64,000 nucleotides of DNA from Bigelowiella natans CCMP2755 (taxonomy: Eukaryota; Protista; Cercozoa). Position numbers and translations under genes: made by a program. The notes under the pieces are model-generated. The model did no database searches and had not been told where the DNA came from. It saw only the letters and a list, made by a program, of their open reading frames with translations. Shown in pieces: positions 41,387 to 54,863 of the stretch. The stretch covers positions 92,830-156,829 of the forward strand of contig ADNK01001130.1 in NCBI GenBank assembly GCA_000320545.1, read 5' to 3'. The first letter of the stretch is position 1, and each line of letters begins with the position of its first letter.

Positions 41387-42105
41387 GGATGGAGAATGCC
41401 GATGGTGAAATAGTGACTTTACATATAGGCTACTACTATTACATTTCCATTCCCTGGTGAAACCAATTTGACCCACTTCCTCCATTCACATTAGACGCCC
41501 TGCCAGGGTCAGTAGTAGCAAAAGAAAGAACTAACGTTAGATTACTTAATGACAAGAGCACTATCAACGAACACATGAAAGAAGACACACAAGCAGGATA
41601 TTTACCCGATAGCCATCCCTAGAACCAGCATGCAAACGGTGTACTGAACATATAAGCAGCACTGTCAGTCAAAGCTATTTTTTCGATTGTATGTGTGGAA
41701 AGGGGGATGCTTTGGAATCTTCAACCGTGCATTAATGGAATAGAGAGAATCTCTCCATAATTACAATTATGACTATATCTAGAGCTACTATAACTGTAGT
41801 ATCGCTGCACTACTGGTACTAGTAGTTCGTTGTTGGAAGTGCTACAAGGGCTACATACTTACTACCGGTAAAGGGATGTTGAATCGCTCGATGATGGTGT
41901 ATACGCACGACCCTGCTAGTAGAGAAAATACTAGGAACATAACCCCAAGGCCTTCCACCTCTGAATGTCCTCCATGATGAGCTGTATCCGTTCCGTTCGA
42001 GTTGGACGACGCAAGGAGATGCACAACTTCAGTTTTTGAAGGCGGTGGATATGATGACTGATCTTGTGCGGTAACAGCGAGGGCCCAAGAAATATACGCC
42101 AACAT
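34186..42105 (-). CDS. SOS1/NHX7-like CPA1 Na+/H+ exchanger with a cyclic-nucleotide-binding-like domain and long C-terminal tail
   Basis: Hydrophobic N-terminus, GAILSATDPVAVVALL, LIEGESLFNDG, SGVLAIVALG, WEMIGFVANTLIFFISG and YGGLRGAVGLALAL. A CNBD-like segment LYYVMQGILKVY...IGDMYG follows. The last exons (36608-35943 and 34545-34186) are assigned by orientation and splice sites only. Confidence 0.88.
34660..41400. repeat. Dense simple-sequence repeats in the introns of the SOS1-like gene
   Basis: (TG)n, (GAT)n, (CAT)n, (CA)n, (TA)n, (GA)n and (CT)n tracts between the exons. Confidence 0.95.
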
Positions 42106-42609
42106 ATTTTGTTAAAATCCAACCTGTACAGCGATGTTAAGCACCAATTCTGCTAATTGACAGATTGTAGCCAATGTTACGAACAGTAGGCCGGATGTAG
42201 ATGACAATCGAAAGAATTATCTTCTTCCACTTTTTCCTTTCATCCTAATCAAAGAGGTCATTTGAATCGGTGGAAAAGTATCAAAAGGAAACGTTTTCTC
42301 ACCGCGTGCCCGGTGAGAGTTGAGAAATGAATGTATTCGGGTGACGGGAAGGAAACAACGGAGAAATGCTTAGCTACACTGTTCTTCTGTTTCACTTAAC
42401 TACTTTCATAAATCGATGTCGTATTCCAAAATTCTCTTGCATTTCGAATGACAGTTAGATTCGAACCAGATATAAAAATACTGGGAAAATGACCTAGGTT
42501 CTATGATGAAATGGTGGTTCAGTCTGAGTCGTTTACATGCAAACAGCAGTAGTGTGATGGTCGGAATTCATCATTCCTTCTTCTGCTTCGCAATCAAGCA
42601 AGGCAGAAA

Positions 42610-43533
42610 ATGGAAGAACCGGAATCGGTGAATGCCGATGACGTGCACACGCAGATCGATGGGTAGACCCTAACCCCCTTCAAACGCATGATAGCCATTA
42701 GTTTAAGTTTCCTTAGGCTATTGCAGGAATATTTCGGACTGTATGCGGAACTCTTGTCTTACATGGGCCAGGTGGAGAAGCATGTTCGAAAGGTAGGAGT
42801 TACGTTTGGATTGGGATGCACTGTTACAACTTGCAATGAAAACAGGGATACTCAAAGTTTGTACTTGCTCGTGCCGACGACCCAGCGCTACTTCTGGGAA
42901 CAGGAAGCTACGCTGGAAGAGAAATGCGACCGCTAGTGACGATAGAAGAGTACACTGCGAATCTCCCCTAAGAAAGAACACTGGTTATTTACTCATCGTT
43001 TATTTATGGTTTATTTCAAAGGGGTTCGATCTTAAAGATGAAATCAAGAGCACCTGGCACTTCTGTTGCAAGAGTAAGACCAGAAAAGAAATATGAGAAG
43101 CCGTCTCCATTAGCTAGGCTTCGGCAGAGAGCGCTCACGAAAGCTGCCGAAAGGGATCCAAAGCTGAAGGAAATTATGCAGAAAAAAAATATGATGCAAA
43201 GTAGGAAGGCCGAAACAACGGAAGATGATGATACTAAGGTTAGATGAAATAGATAATGTATCCGCATCACATTCTGAGATAGGAAATGAGTAGGTCTTAG
43301 AGGATCCTGTGTCTTGGTTCGGATGCTTGATACCCCGTGACGTACGAAATGCGAAGAAAGATTTTTCACTAGGTTTGGCAACTATCGTATGCTTTATACT
43401 TCCCAAGATTTCATAAAGTATATGATAATCAGGCTTGGAAAAGTTGTTGCGTGTGGCCGAACTCCGCCGTCAGATGGATAAAAAAGAAAATAGAATACGA
43501 AAACTTAAACAGCAGCTGGTCAAAGCTGAGTGA
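42610..43533 (+). CDS. VMA22: V-ATPase assembly factor VMA22/CCDC115
   Basis: Five-exon model in consistent phase: MEEPES...IDGLLQEYFGLYAELLSYMGQVEKHVRKGYSKFVLAR...GSYAGREMRP...EDPVSWFGCLIPRDVRNAKKDFSLGLEKLLRVAEL...KAE*. DPxxWFGxL(I/V)P is the family hallmark. Confidence 0.85.
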
Positions 43534-43629
43534 CAATAAGAGAGTACAGATACCATATGCTAAAGCGGAATCTGCATATACTTCTCGGCTCGATTCGATC
43601 AATGATGCAACTATTAAATCTAAATATAT

Positions 43630-43810
43630 CGACTATTGCCCGATAATGTAGACTACATGATACTTTGTGTATGCTATGCGAGCAGCCTAGCAGCGCTAGC
43701 GCGATGTCGTCGTTGATCATGTTCATCCAGCGGAATGAAAATGCATGGCAAATGGGATACACCCGCACGCGCGCTACAGCTTGCGCAGCTCATACATAAT
43801 ACAGATCTCC
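43630..43810. repeat. Palindrome-rich block in the VMA22/FANCD2 convergent gap
   Basis: GCCTAGCAGCGCTAGCGCG, ATGCATG and GCGCGCTACAGCT. Confidence 0.6.
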
Positions 43811-43946
43811 ATTTGCTCATTTCGCAAATGAGTCCGACTCTTTCATTCTAGCATTGCGTGTTGCCGAGTTAACCTTTTTTGCTATTTCGTCGAAAGCGAG
43901 TCCGTACTCACAACTAGCTATTCCTAGCCGCCTTACTGATATCTTT

Positions 43947-46900
43947 CTATTGTTCTCTTTCATTTTGAGCTTCACACTCTGACTCTTCTTCAGCATCTCC
44001 ATTGGCCTCTTCTTCCTCCTCATCCGAAGGTGGTGTCTGAGATATTTCAGTACCATCCATTGCTCTGTGCTTGAGATTTCCTTGCCAAAATGCTCCCAGA
44101 CAATTGTTCCCCTTGAACAATTTCTTAATATGATAGATAAAGCTTTCCATAACCTTCTTTGATGATGGTACAAGAGATATTAGGTTTGAGAGTCTATTTC
44201 TCTTCCCGTGCGTGCATATCATTTGCATAATACGCGTTCCTTGTTGTATATCCCTTATCATTTCGATGATATCGTCTCTATATTGGGAGAAGTTCTGGTG
44301 CAGAAACGGCATGTGCTTCACGTATGTATCGACTAAAACCTTTCCCGATCTTAAAGCAGATACCAATAAATTCACTTTTCCATAGAACTTTTTGCATAAT
44401 CCCATAAGATTTCTAAACACGTGTGAGTGACGAGAGAGACAGACTATACCGGGGCTAGCTGCTGCAGGAAGCCTTTGGCCTGCGGATTGAGTTACTTTCT
44501 CGAGCGTGACGGTAAAATAGAAGGGAATTGTTTTTTCCGTTAAAGTTGCATGAAATGGGCTTTCATCACTCTCAGATTCGTCTCCTCTGTCATCATCTTC
44601 TTCGGTCTCATCGTTACCGTCCTCGTTTTCCTTGTTCGCACGTGATTTTTTCTTTTTAGATTTTCGCTTTTGCTTCTTCTTCTTTCTTTTTCGACGCTTA
44701 GCCGCTGGCATTTCTAGCATTGCAGTCGACACTAATTCCTCCAATGCGTCCAAGGGGCTCTTTGCGTATGTAATGAAAACGCGGACAGATCGGCTTATGG
44801 TACTACTGTTGAGCTTCGAGTCTGAGTCCCATTTCGTCTGAAGCAGCTCACAGGCGAGTTGGCTAAGACGTGATCGACACGCGGTCAATTTTTCTGGGCT
44901 GATGGCTAGAGCCTTTTCCATGACTTCAATCGCAATCACTTTCTCCTGGAATCGTGATAACGCACCCAGTTGTTTCTCAAGAAACTTGAAGACTTGGGTT
45001 GCAATCTGCATCTTTGCGTCAGGGTCAGGAAGAATCTCCATAGAATCTCGTTTTTTACCTTTACCCCTTTTAGAATCGTTCTCTGTTGGAGCCACGCATG
45101 AGGTGAGGCGATGCAAAGCATGCCAGAAAGCAGGTTCGCTATCCAACCCCCCCTCGGCACTATCCAGAATCATCTTAGAGCAACGAATGACGCTCATGAC
45201 AATGGCTTGTAGGTCTTTATTATCCATTAAGGATTTATTCGCTTGGTCTGCATTCAATAGCGTATCCGCTATCTCGTTTAGGTGCCGGCCGACATGTTCA
45301 AATATTGGCGAAATTGAGGAAAGAAGGATCTCTGGTGGCTGGGCTGCACTCTTAGACTTGTTCGGCTTTTTTTTATCACCAAAGAACCCAAATTTGCGTT
45401 CTCTTCTGAAGGAGGGTTTGAGCAGTAGTTCTAGTTCCCCGATGAAATAGTTTAAAGTTGTGGGATCAAGCTTAGGCTCCTCCGATTTTATTTCCATCAT
45501 CTTTGTGTCGCTTTCAGAGGCCGCTGAAATTTCCAAGGGCAGCTCTAGAATCTGAAATGCGGACTCCAAAATGGTCCGGTAATAGGGCTTCAAGCTAGCC
45601 AAGAAAGAAGTATCGTCATTTTGAATGTCTTTTTTCTTTGAGGCTTTTTTGCCCTTGGGCTTAATTATTGCAACAGCTTCTCGTGCTTGAGCTGCAGATA
45701 CACCCATAGGAACAAAAGTTGAGGCTGTAGGCATTTGACGCATTAAACTGCCCAGCGCCTTTTCAAGATTTAGTATGTGATAAACTCTTTGGCAGACCTT
45801 CCTCCTGGAAGCCTTGTCTCCCTCCCCGCAAAATGCGTTTAGCAACTCTCTCATCCATTGAATCGCGTAGAAAACGCACGAGCAAATTAATTCTTGCTTT
45901 TCCCTGCCCATGTCAGAGATGTCATTCAATTCTTCGTCGAAGAGTATAAGTTTGGCTCCTAATAGCGCGTCCAGGCCTGCCCGGGATCCGTCATTGCTAG
46001 CTCCTTCACCGACTTGGAGAAGGCGAAATATAGATGCCATGCAAAACACCTTTGAATTGTCAGTTTCCTTGTCACTTGCCAATAGGGGCCACAGCAGCAA
46101 CTCGATTCCATCTTCGCCATCCAACCCCATCCAGGGGCTTGAATCATCTGATTCGAAGGCTTTAGGCTCGACAAGAAAATCCTCTTGAAACGTATCTGCA
46201 ATTTTGTCTATAACTCTTTCGATAATGTATGGAGAAAGATTTCCTTTCAAAATATATGAGGAAATCTCATCTGCCAAGAATATTCGAAGATCTGAAGATT
46301 CGGAAGTGCAGCTAAAGATGTCCTCGAGTAACTGTGAGATCTCGGTTTCCTTCGCCTTATCTTGAACAACTTTTTTTGTTTTATCGACAAGGCGTGAGAG
46401 AAGGGATACTCCCCCTATTACCCCTATTTCTTGGTACCTTGGTGTCGAAAGCTGTTTTTTAATATTTATCATCAGCTCGGTACCGAAGTTACTAGATTTT
46501 CCCGCATCGCACGTAGCTATAATGCTGAAAATGCTGTAAACATTTCGGAGTTGCGGTCGTGAGAATCCAGATAGATAATCTAGTATCCCTCTCACAAAAG
46601 CTACCATAGGCTGCATTGATGTGGAGTCGGCCTCACAAATTCGTTGCAATTCCCTTAGGGAGACATTGACCTCATCGTCGATGCCAGAACCAATGTGGGT
46701 GATTAAATTTCCTATTACGTCTTGCTTGATATAGATTGTATCACATGAGAGAAAAAGTCCACTATAGAATTGTCCTCCGGCATTTCGCAGTATCATCGAA
46801 TCCGCACGAACAAGATTCCCAGCGATATTCAAGATTGAAGCAGAGAGATCTTTTATGATGCTTAAACGTTGTTGAAACGCATTCTTGAAAAATTTCAATG

Positions 46901-48099
46901 AGAAAAGGCCCGCATTTATCTTTTTCTTCAAGATGGACTCCACTTGTTTTTTGTGTGAAGAGAGCGAATGAATCATCAGTAAAATCCATAAGTCTAGAAT
47001 TTTGAACTCAACCGCAACAGTGATTTTAGAGATTTCCTTCAAAAACGACGCTGCCACAGGCCTCTGAAAACGTATTGAATTTTTAAGTGCATCAAATATT
47101 AGCAAAGAGTCCTGCTTTGCTGACTTCCGAGACTGAGATGTCCCAAAAAAGTTTAGATTTTTCCGGAGCACACTAACGGTATTCTGCAGTCCCTTTTGCG
47201 TTGTTGTTTGAAGGATAAACCTGATCACCACGGGCAAATCCTCTATTCTCGTAGAGGACATGTTGTCCAGGACAGAAGCTGATACCTTCGAAGCGGTATC
47301 TCCTGAGGCAAAATTTTAGGTTAGACAATCCCACTTTGTTATGGCAAAGGAATGAATACCTTTAATCGTTAAGTTCGAAAAGGCGTCAAGGATCGTGACT
47401 GTGAGATCTGGAGTTTCGTTCATTAGGTCCACGAGAAATGCAATCATAATATCATGGCCAGCATCATCTATGATATCTGGAATAGCTGCTATTAGATGAC
47501 GTTGTAGCAGCGGGCTACAAACTGCGGCTACTTCTATCAGCTTGGAGCTGAGCTCTTTACCGTCAACAACATGATCTAACCACCTGAGTTGGTTCACAAT
47601 TTGGCAAGCAAGCTGAGAATCTTCCGGAGATGAACACTCAGGCAACTTCTCTAGAAGATATTCTAAAATTTGAGGTTGCAAAGTGTTGACGCCGAGAAGT
47701 AATCGTACTAAACTTTGATGCCGTTCCATCTCAAACTCATTGCCTTCTTTCTCATAGGTATTCCGCAAACTTTTGTGCAGGTTTCCGTCATCTTCCATAT
47801 GTCGCTCAAATTCCTCCAGGAAGCTTTTGGTAGCTTTGAAGTCATCGAGAAGTGCCCTGTCCAAATTCAAGCCTATGCTTCCTGGTTGTTTGCATAGATG
47901 AAACTTTGATTCTGGTCGTGTAAACACAAATCCGAAGGACTCGAGGCTGGTTTCAAAAAAGCTCCTTCCATCGCTGGAAGATGCAGCCTAACAAAAATTT
48001 TCGCAACGACTCATACACCAGAAAAATTGCTTATAGCATGGCAGATACATGTACCATAGCACCCTCCCCAAATAGTGCACGAACCTCCCTCTTGCTCAT
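43947..48099 (-). CDS. FANCD2: Fanconi anemia group D2 protein
   Basis: LVRLLLGVNTLQPQILEYLLEKL; IVNQLRWLD; DLPVVIRFIL; IKKQLSTPRYQEIGVIGGV (the ubiquitin-acceptor Lys context of human K561); C-terminal NNCLGAFWQGNLKHRAMDGTEI. Two 5' introns, then a single 3.3-kb exon. Confidence 0.93.
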
Positions 48100-48322
48100 C
48101 TCCTTCTCAGGCCTTATGTTCCCTTTGCTCTGGTTCACAGGTAAAATTTAAGCTGCGACAACCCATAATCCATTCGAGATGGAAGCATCGGAGCGCATAT
48201 CCGCAACAGCGTCCCGCGAGAACTACCGATTAATCCCAGCTGTTTTTCCTCTATCGACAGAACAAATATGATGTCGCATAGTACAATAGCTCAGATTGTG
48301 CAAACACGGTCCGGTTCTGGGA
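48100..48322. promoter_or_regulatory. Putative bidirectional promoter (FANCD2 / GNAT), 223 bp
   Basis: Head-to-head start codons at 48099 and 48323; inferred from geometry only. Confidence 0.5.
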
Positions 48323-49082
48323 ATGGGCAATGGAGCATCCGCCTCAAGACCAAAGTCCAAGACAGCCGATCTAGAAACTCACTTTCGTGTGGCAAATCTA
48401 GACGATGCAGGAGCACTTGCAGCGTTACAGGTGAAGGCCTGGAAAGACACCTACCGCGGCATCATAAACGATGAGTTTCTGGAGTCCAAGAGTATGAGTG
48501 AATGCCACAAGGAACGAAAGTGGGTTAAGATACTTCAGGATCGATCCTGCCTCACTCTTATCCTCTCAAAGAAAAACTGCAAAGAAATGTTAGGATATAC
48601 CACGGTTGCAATTGCTGGAGGTAGATCTAGGGAAAAAATCGAGAGGACTTTGAAGGAGGATATCGGCTTAAAGAAGAAATTTGGCACGAAGGTGCACGGA
48701 GAGATGAGAACGTTATACCTCAGCACTGATGCGCCTAAAAGGTATGTTATTAACTTTATTTATCCAAAGGCTACCCGTTTTATATACTATCTCTGCCGTA
48801 TGTGTAAGAAAAGGCCTCGGTTCGAAACTGTTCGAACACGGATACTCTTTCTTAGAACGGCACCTAGGAGAAGGTTGTGTTATGTGTCTTTGGGTTATCG
48901 CGGAGAATACACCAGCCATGAAATTTTATGAGAAACTTGGCTGTAAAATCGCAGTGTCAAATTCAAGGGCTCGGTTTGGAAAGGGTTTGTACAGATATGT
49001 TGGACTGGTTTATTCTAAATATCAACCAGTAGCTGAACTACAGAATGAAGCAAAGGAAAACGGGAAAGACAGTGCTCAATGA
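48323..49082 (+). CDS. Bacterial-like GNAT N-acetyltransferase with an N-myristoylation-type start (MGNGAS)
   Basis: RVANLDDAGALAALQVKAWKDTYRGII; GEMRTLYL...PKR|KGLGSKLF (one GT-AG intron, ~48742-48808); LWVIAENTPAMKFYEKLG. Confidence 0.85.
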
Positions 49083-49149
49083 AAGTTGCATCGTCAGAAC
49101 TCGTCTTTCTAGAATTTGAAATATACACCAACAAACTTTTCGAATTATA

Positions 49150-49720
49150 TTTCGAGCAAGCTAGCTAGCTAGACATCTCTGCTAGACATCGCTGTAAATA
49201 GAGGCACAGGAACACGCCTGCTAATCTAGCTAGAAACTCGGCTCTGCAGTAAGCAATGCTAAATATATTTGTATTTACACTAGCTATAGGTAATAATGAA
49301 ATTTAACTTTTGCATGATAATGAAATAAACATGTCTAGCTAGATGTGTTCATGGTGTGAGACGGATGTAATGAATCAATTAAATTTATTCAATGACCATC
49401 CTCATGTAGCTGTGGCAATGCTAGAATGCAGCGGCTACAGCGCTAATGTTGAATCTGTTGGTGTAATCAATCGTCAAATTGAATTTGTTAAATGGTCATC
49501 CTGATGTCTAGATGTAGCTGTGCAATGCAGCGGTTACAGCGCTAATGTTGAATCTGTTGGTCACCGCTGGCGATACGTGTGTTTCATGCAATCAAATGAA
49601 AGCTTACGTTTAGACGTCTCTAGGCCTAGATGCAATGCAGTATCTAGTGATGTGCACATCATGTGCGTAGATCTTTACTAGTTTAGATCTTATTGCAAGT
49701 ACTAGAATAAATGGCGACTG
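49150..49720. repeat. Palindrome-rich block with an internal ~100-bp tandem duplication in the GNAT/LIN9 convergent gap
   Basis: AGCTAGCTAGCTAG and TCTAGCTAGA. AATGCAGCGG(C/T)TACAGCGCTAATGTTGAATCTGTTGG occurs twice, about 100 bp apart. Confidence 0.8.
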
Positions 49721-49947
49721 AAAAATATTAGACTAATATGCGATGGCCAAGATTGCAAACACACATGACACGGAACAGTGTGTCGAATGTTATGAATGTT
49801 AATTAGATACACTATTTATATTAACATAATTTAGTTCAACTTAGTGGAAGCAGCAATTGCATCAATGCCGCATCATTCATTCACACTCAACAAATGAGAT
49901 TAATTTCACTCGGAGATTCATTCGACATTTCTCGTTTTTTTCATCAC

Positions 49948-52900
49948 TCATACTGCAGAGAGTGAGAGCATTGATTGCATCTGTCTGAAGGAGGTTTCAA
50001 TCTTTTCAAAAAGCCTTTAAAAACAACAGTATTAGATTTGTGTTTTAAATATGTTTTGATGGACACTTACTTTTGATTTTGAGGATGAGTCGGCCGAACA
50101 CTTTCAAGGAAGGCATTAAGTCCGAGTGGTTGCAACCCCCTCTCAGCGCAGAACTAATCAAATTTTACGGCAGCCAGAGAAAGTTGTGGAAATTATAGCC
50201 ATGAAACCGCTACAAAATACAGTTTGCGCGACTTTAAAAAAAAACCTATTCGATTACAAATTGAACAAAAGAGACGTGTTGCGAGAATTTAGGGCCGTTA
50301 GCTGAATTCCTAGTTGACCTTTATGAGTAGAACGAGGCTAATACAGCAGACGATTAAATTGCTCATCTTCGAAGGCATTCCACTGGAGGATTTGGCCGAA
50401 AGACTCCCCGTAGACACGAGCCTATCTCGAAGACTCTGCATGATCTCTCTAATAATTGGTAGTGGCAACAACAACAGGCAGTGGTGGTGCAACCAATGTT
50501 TTTCTTTTTACATGTTTTACTATCGAAAGAGTGTAACAGCATCTAGGTTCGTCGTCGTCGTCATCATCGTTGTCATTGTCATGGTTATCCCTCCCATTCT
50601 AATTACTACCGTGCTCTTTGATAGCAGAGTTGGGAGACATGGACAGAGAGGTCCGAACCGGCTTCTCCAAGGGAAATGCCAGATTGCCGAAGCCGCATTG
50701 CCTGTAGTGTGATTATAATAGCTCAATCATCTTTTATGAGATACCCACGCAGCAGTTTCGCAGGAGGTAATAACACAAACAACCTGCAAAGCATTGTCGA
50801 GGTCTCGGCTTGCCTTTTCTAGTTCCACAATGACCCATGCACACTGCTGCTTGAATGCTGGCGGTATAGCAACTACTGGAGGGGGAGGCAGAGGCGTAGA
50901 TGCAGCTGCGGAGTCCGACGATGATGAGGAAATGGCAGCCTTAGTAATGCTCTTTAATTCATTGTTGTTTTTATTTTTGGCAGTTCTATAAGTCCCACCA
51001 TTTTGCAATGCGGGGCTGCTGCTGCTGCTAGTCGTTGTCATATGAGGGGTAGAGGCGGCTGCTCCTTCGAACTGCTGTTGTTTTTTCTGATCTCTTTCCT
51101 TTTTGACTGTCGTTGTTTTCGCGGATACTACTTTTGCTTTAGCCTTAGCCTCTGCCTCGTTTTGCATTGATTCCGCCTTATGAGTTGAAAGATGATGTGA
51201 GAGGAAAAGGAGGAAGAAGGAGGAAGGGGAAGGAGGACAGACGAGCAACTGCACACCTACATGTTTCTCACTGCCTATGTGTCTAGGTCGCCTGAACCTC
51301 CTCTCCCCCTCTATCTTTAAATGCATGTGTGTAAGTGTGTGCTACGGAGATAAGTTCTGCAACGTACGCATAATGCTAGTAAACGTTTATTTCTTCCCCC
51401 CTGCCCAAGCTAGTAGCAGTTCCTTCTCAAATTACCAAGTCATTCATCGTACGAAGATGTGTAAGAAGAGCTTCCTTTCGGTCAAGAAGTCTTAGAAGAT
51501 TAGCCACCATATGAGCATCACCATGAGCATGAGGAAACCGAGGTCCGACTGGGTGTTGAAGCTGCGAAAGGGAAGAGTGCAGATGGCCATAGGGCATGAC
51601 TTTGGTGTCAGAGACCAAGACGCCGCTGCCAAGACCTTCTTGATCGAAAGCAATCTGATATGCGTAGGGGTCTCCCCCCCCAACCGAACCTTGTTGATCC
51701 GCTTGACCACCACGTTGGGAAGAGAAGGAAGAGGAGGAGGAGGAGGTGGTGGTAGTCGAGGGGGAGGATCTTGGCGGCTTCGGCATGACAACTCCAGTGT
51801 GAAGTTCTCCGGTGGAAGGATGGACTGCTACTACAGTCTGACCGTCAACCAGACGTGCAGGGACCTCCTCAGGGAAAGGAAATTCATCACAGACAACTGT
51901 CAGGCCTTGTTGTATACACCTCACATCGTCCCGATATCGCTCTAGTTTCTTTCTCTCCTCACGGAAGAATGCTGCCGACATACGCCTAAAGATAAATTAT
52001 TAATCGACAAGGAAAATGTCTTCAATAAATTTGAGATAAAAGAAGAGGGGGAAATTAAAAACGAAATCTTTACGATACTGTCAATGGTTATTCGCTCTGA
52101 AATTAAAACAAAGTCCTCATATATATTGCAACAGGTCATTGTCTATACTCTGCAGAACGCAGAGTATAGAGGACCTCAAGGCGTTGCTTGGTCATTTTTT
52201 CTCATCATTGCGAGTTGTTCACTTAACGACGACAGATCTCGAGAAAGAATCTCAAATTTCCTTTTTTTGACAATCGTATTACCACCACCAATAGCATGCA
52301 TAAGGTCCATCTATCCTCCTCCTCTTCCTCCTCCCCTTTCTGTCGCATCATGACATAAAGATAACTACTACTAAGACTACTTTATTACCTGGGTTTTCCG
52401 ATTATCGATCTAACGTAGCTCCACTCTGTTCTCGTTATTTGCTTGATGTTCCCCATCCCATACTCGTACAAGCACTCCATGAAATCGTTTTGCGCAAAGT
52501 ACAAACGATCGATTGCCGAGACAAAAAACTCACAACGGCACCATGACCTGAACTTCTTCGATTTCAAAGCTACGGTGAGCTGGCGTAGGCATTCCTCGCT
52601 CTTCGGGCTGGGTATGATCGCTGGTTAAATACACGCAAATGAAGTGGCAGTAAAGATGATGATGATGATGATGATAATTATCGTGAAGACGACGAAAAAT
52701 ATGATCAAATTACCTTGCATAGCGCTGGAATCAAAGGTATTTCTAAAGCGCACTTTCATCTGAGAGGTATCTATCTTTCCAGTTTCAGCAATAAGCTGCT
52801 TTCGCTGCTGTTTGGAATCTATCCGAGTAGTCGTCGTCTTTGACTGTTGAGGAGGGGTTGACGTTGTTGCACCTGCTGTAGAATTTGTTGAAGACGACAA

Positions 52901-54863
52901 CCGAGAACCTACGAGAACGATGATCATACCAACGACGAAGGTGATGATGATGATGATGAGTGATGATGATGATAATGTAAGAAGAGATAATATACGTTAA
53001 ATTTCGTACAATACAACATTTTCGCTACTGTTCAGGAAGAAGTTGAATCATCAAGCAGAAAAAGGGAAACGGATTATTTGTGCATCCTAGATAGCGGAAA
53101 AACTATGCGTATTCGTGTGCGTGTTTGTGTGTGTGTCGAGCGAGATGGGAATACCTCTCTTTCGCTTTCGTATTGCTGAGGTTGTTCGCTTTGTCGTTCC
53201 TCCTCCTCCGCCTTTACCTGCTGCTCCACCACCTGCGTCATCACCACCCGCTCGTTTCCTCTCTGCGGCAGCTTTTTGCCTTTCTGCTGCCGTTGTTCTC
53301 TTTTTCTTCTTGCCTTTTTCTGATGCTGTACGCTTCGAATGCGATCGTTTGGCAGTTGAAGAGTCTGCAGCCGTGCGTTTCTCCGATGTTGCACTCGATC
53401 GCTTTTCAACAGCGCCTGTACGGGCGCTGCTGCTACTACCACGTTTCTTTTGTTTGTCTGAGGCTGCTGAACGTCTATCGTTCGCTTGGCGTTTCTTACT
53501 GGCGATTTCTCTGCTGCTGCTGCGGTTGCTACGACCGCGAGGAACTACTCGTTTACCTGGTTCAATATCGAGAACAAACGCTTAACACGCATTTATAACA
53601 ACGTAATGAGTGTATGGTGTTCGACATTCTGTCACGAGCATTGATCTCTAGCCCAGAGAGGAAGAGGGCAGGGGGGTATGGTACGAAGTAATCCATTATG
53701 GCATGTAGTATCCTTGCGCTGTTATATGACAACAACAACGTGACAACTACCTTTCCCTTCAATGGCACTAAAAAGAGAATCCAATGCAGAATTGTCTCCT
53801 CTGAAAATTTGACAAATAGAGGAAACGAATGTTAGTTACTTAGTGATGAAATGTTTAGTATTTTCTAACGAGGGAGTGCAACTGCTATCAAAAGAACTCA
53901 GGTGCTTCACCTCGTTACTCCTTTAGTCCTGGCCTTCTTTTTCGATGGGGGGGGATGATCTTTGACTCTTTTCCTTCCTCCTTTCTCAGATTCCCGCCCT
54001 TGAGTACCGACATCTTCAGGTTCCGTTGCTGAATCTTCATCATTGCCACTGACATAGGGGGGGGGGGAGAGAATGAGATGAGTGTAATCCCAAAAATACA
54101 TAATACATTTCTGCTTTATATTAATATTTGTGTGCACGGCTATTAGTTCGCACTCTTCTTCTGTTTCCGGTCCTCCGTCATCAGAATCGTTATGATGTGT
54201 TTTCTCGGCTTCTTCAATACTCCGTCGCGATCTTCTCACTGTGCGTCCAGAGCGAGTGACCGTTTGAATAGCCCCAGATGTTGCGGAAGCAGCTGCAACA
54301 CTTGCAGTTCTAGAACGTTTTCTTGGTCTCTTCTGGTTTTGTGGTTGGGGTTTCTTCTCTGCAGCCGGCTTTCTCTTTCTAAGAGAGCGTGACTTGCTAG
54401 AACTCGAAGAACTACTAATTTTCGGAGGGGGCGGCTTGGTATCCGTTTTAAGAGCTGCTTTCTGAAGATTACATGACAATTATCAATCACTCAAAGATGA
54501 GGGAAAATTAAATGAATCTCAAATATCAATATTCCGTACGGTGGATGATGCTATCTCCGCCATTTTGCTCAACGAAGCTAGAGCTGAGAGTTCCTGTGTA
54601 TGTTGGAAGGAAAAATAAGAATAACAAGCTGAAGCAATAGTAAGACAAAATCTCTCCACCTCCAGGTTCTCCGACGCCTGAAAATATACCGAATATTTCA
54701 GGCGCGATCACATATGGGAAAATGCGGCGATAATAGATTTTACCCTTAAGAGCGGAGTAAGCATCGGGGAGGTCTTCTCGTCCTTATCCTAATGTATAAA
54801 AAGTCATTGGAGAAGTCCGAAGGAGAATTTTCGGGTGGAGACCTCAATATTGCGCTGCTCCAT
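49948..54863 (-). CDS. LIN9: LIN9 / ALWAYS EARLY (DREAM/MuvB complex subunit) with DIRP domain
   Basis: DIRP domain KFRSWCRCEFFVSAIDRLYFAQNDF...QITRTEWSYVRSIIGKPR. Tudor-like GQTVVAVHPSTGELHTGVV...YQIAFDQEGLG...VSDTKVM. C-terminal LIVCCISLVLLIK|FCAERGL...SVRPTHPQNQKLFEKIE. The 5' exons join in phase 0 from ATG 54863. Confidence 0.88.

Noticed and set aside
42660-42680. ACCCTAACCC telomere-like sequence
   Set aside because: A single unit inside a VMA22 intron; not an array.
786-53598. Long antisense ORFs (e.g. 786-1349+, 2050-2637-, 17013-17531+, 40168-40665+, 44902-45450+, 53115-53585+)
   Set aside because: They are shadows of real coding exons on the opposite strand, with no recognisable motifs.
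16047-54863. Functional clustering of growth, cell-cycle and repair genes (TOR, FANCD2, LIN9, MST-like kinase)
   Set aside because: They are interspersed with unrelated housekeeping genes; compatible with chance.
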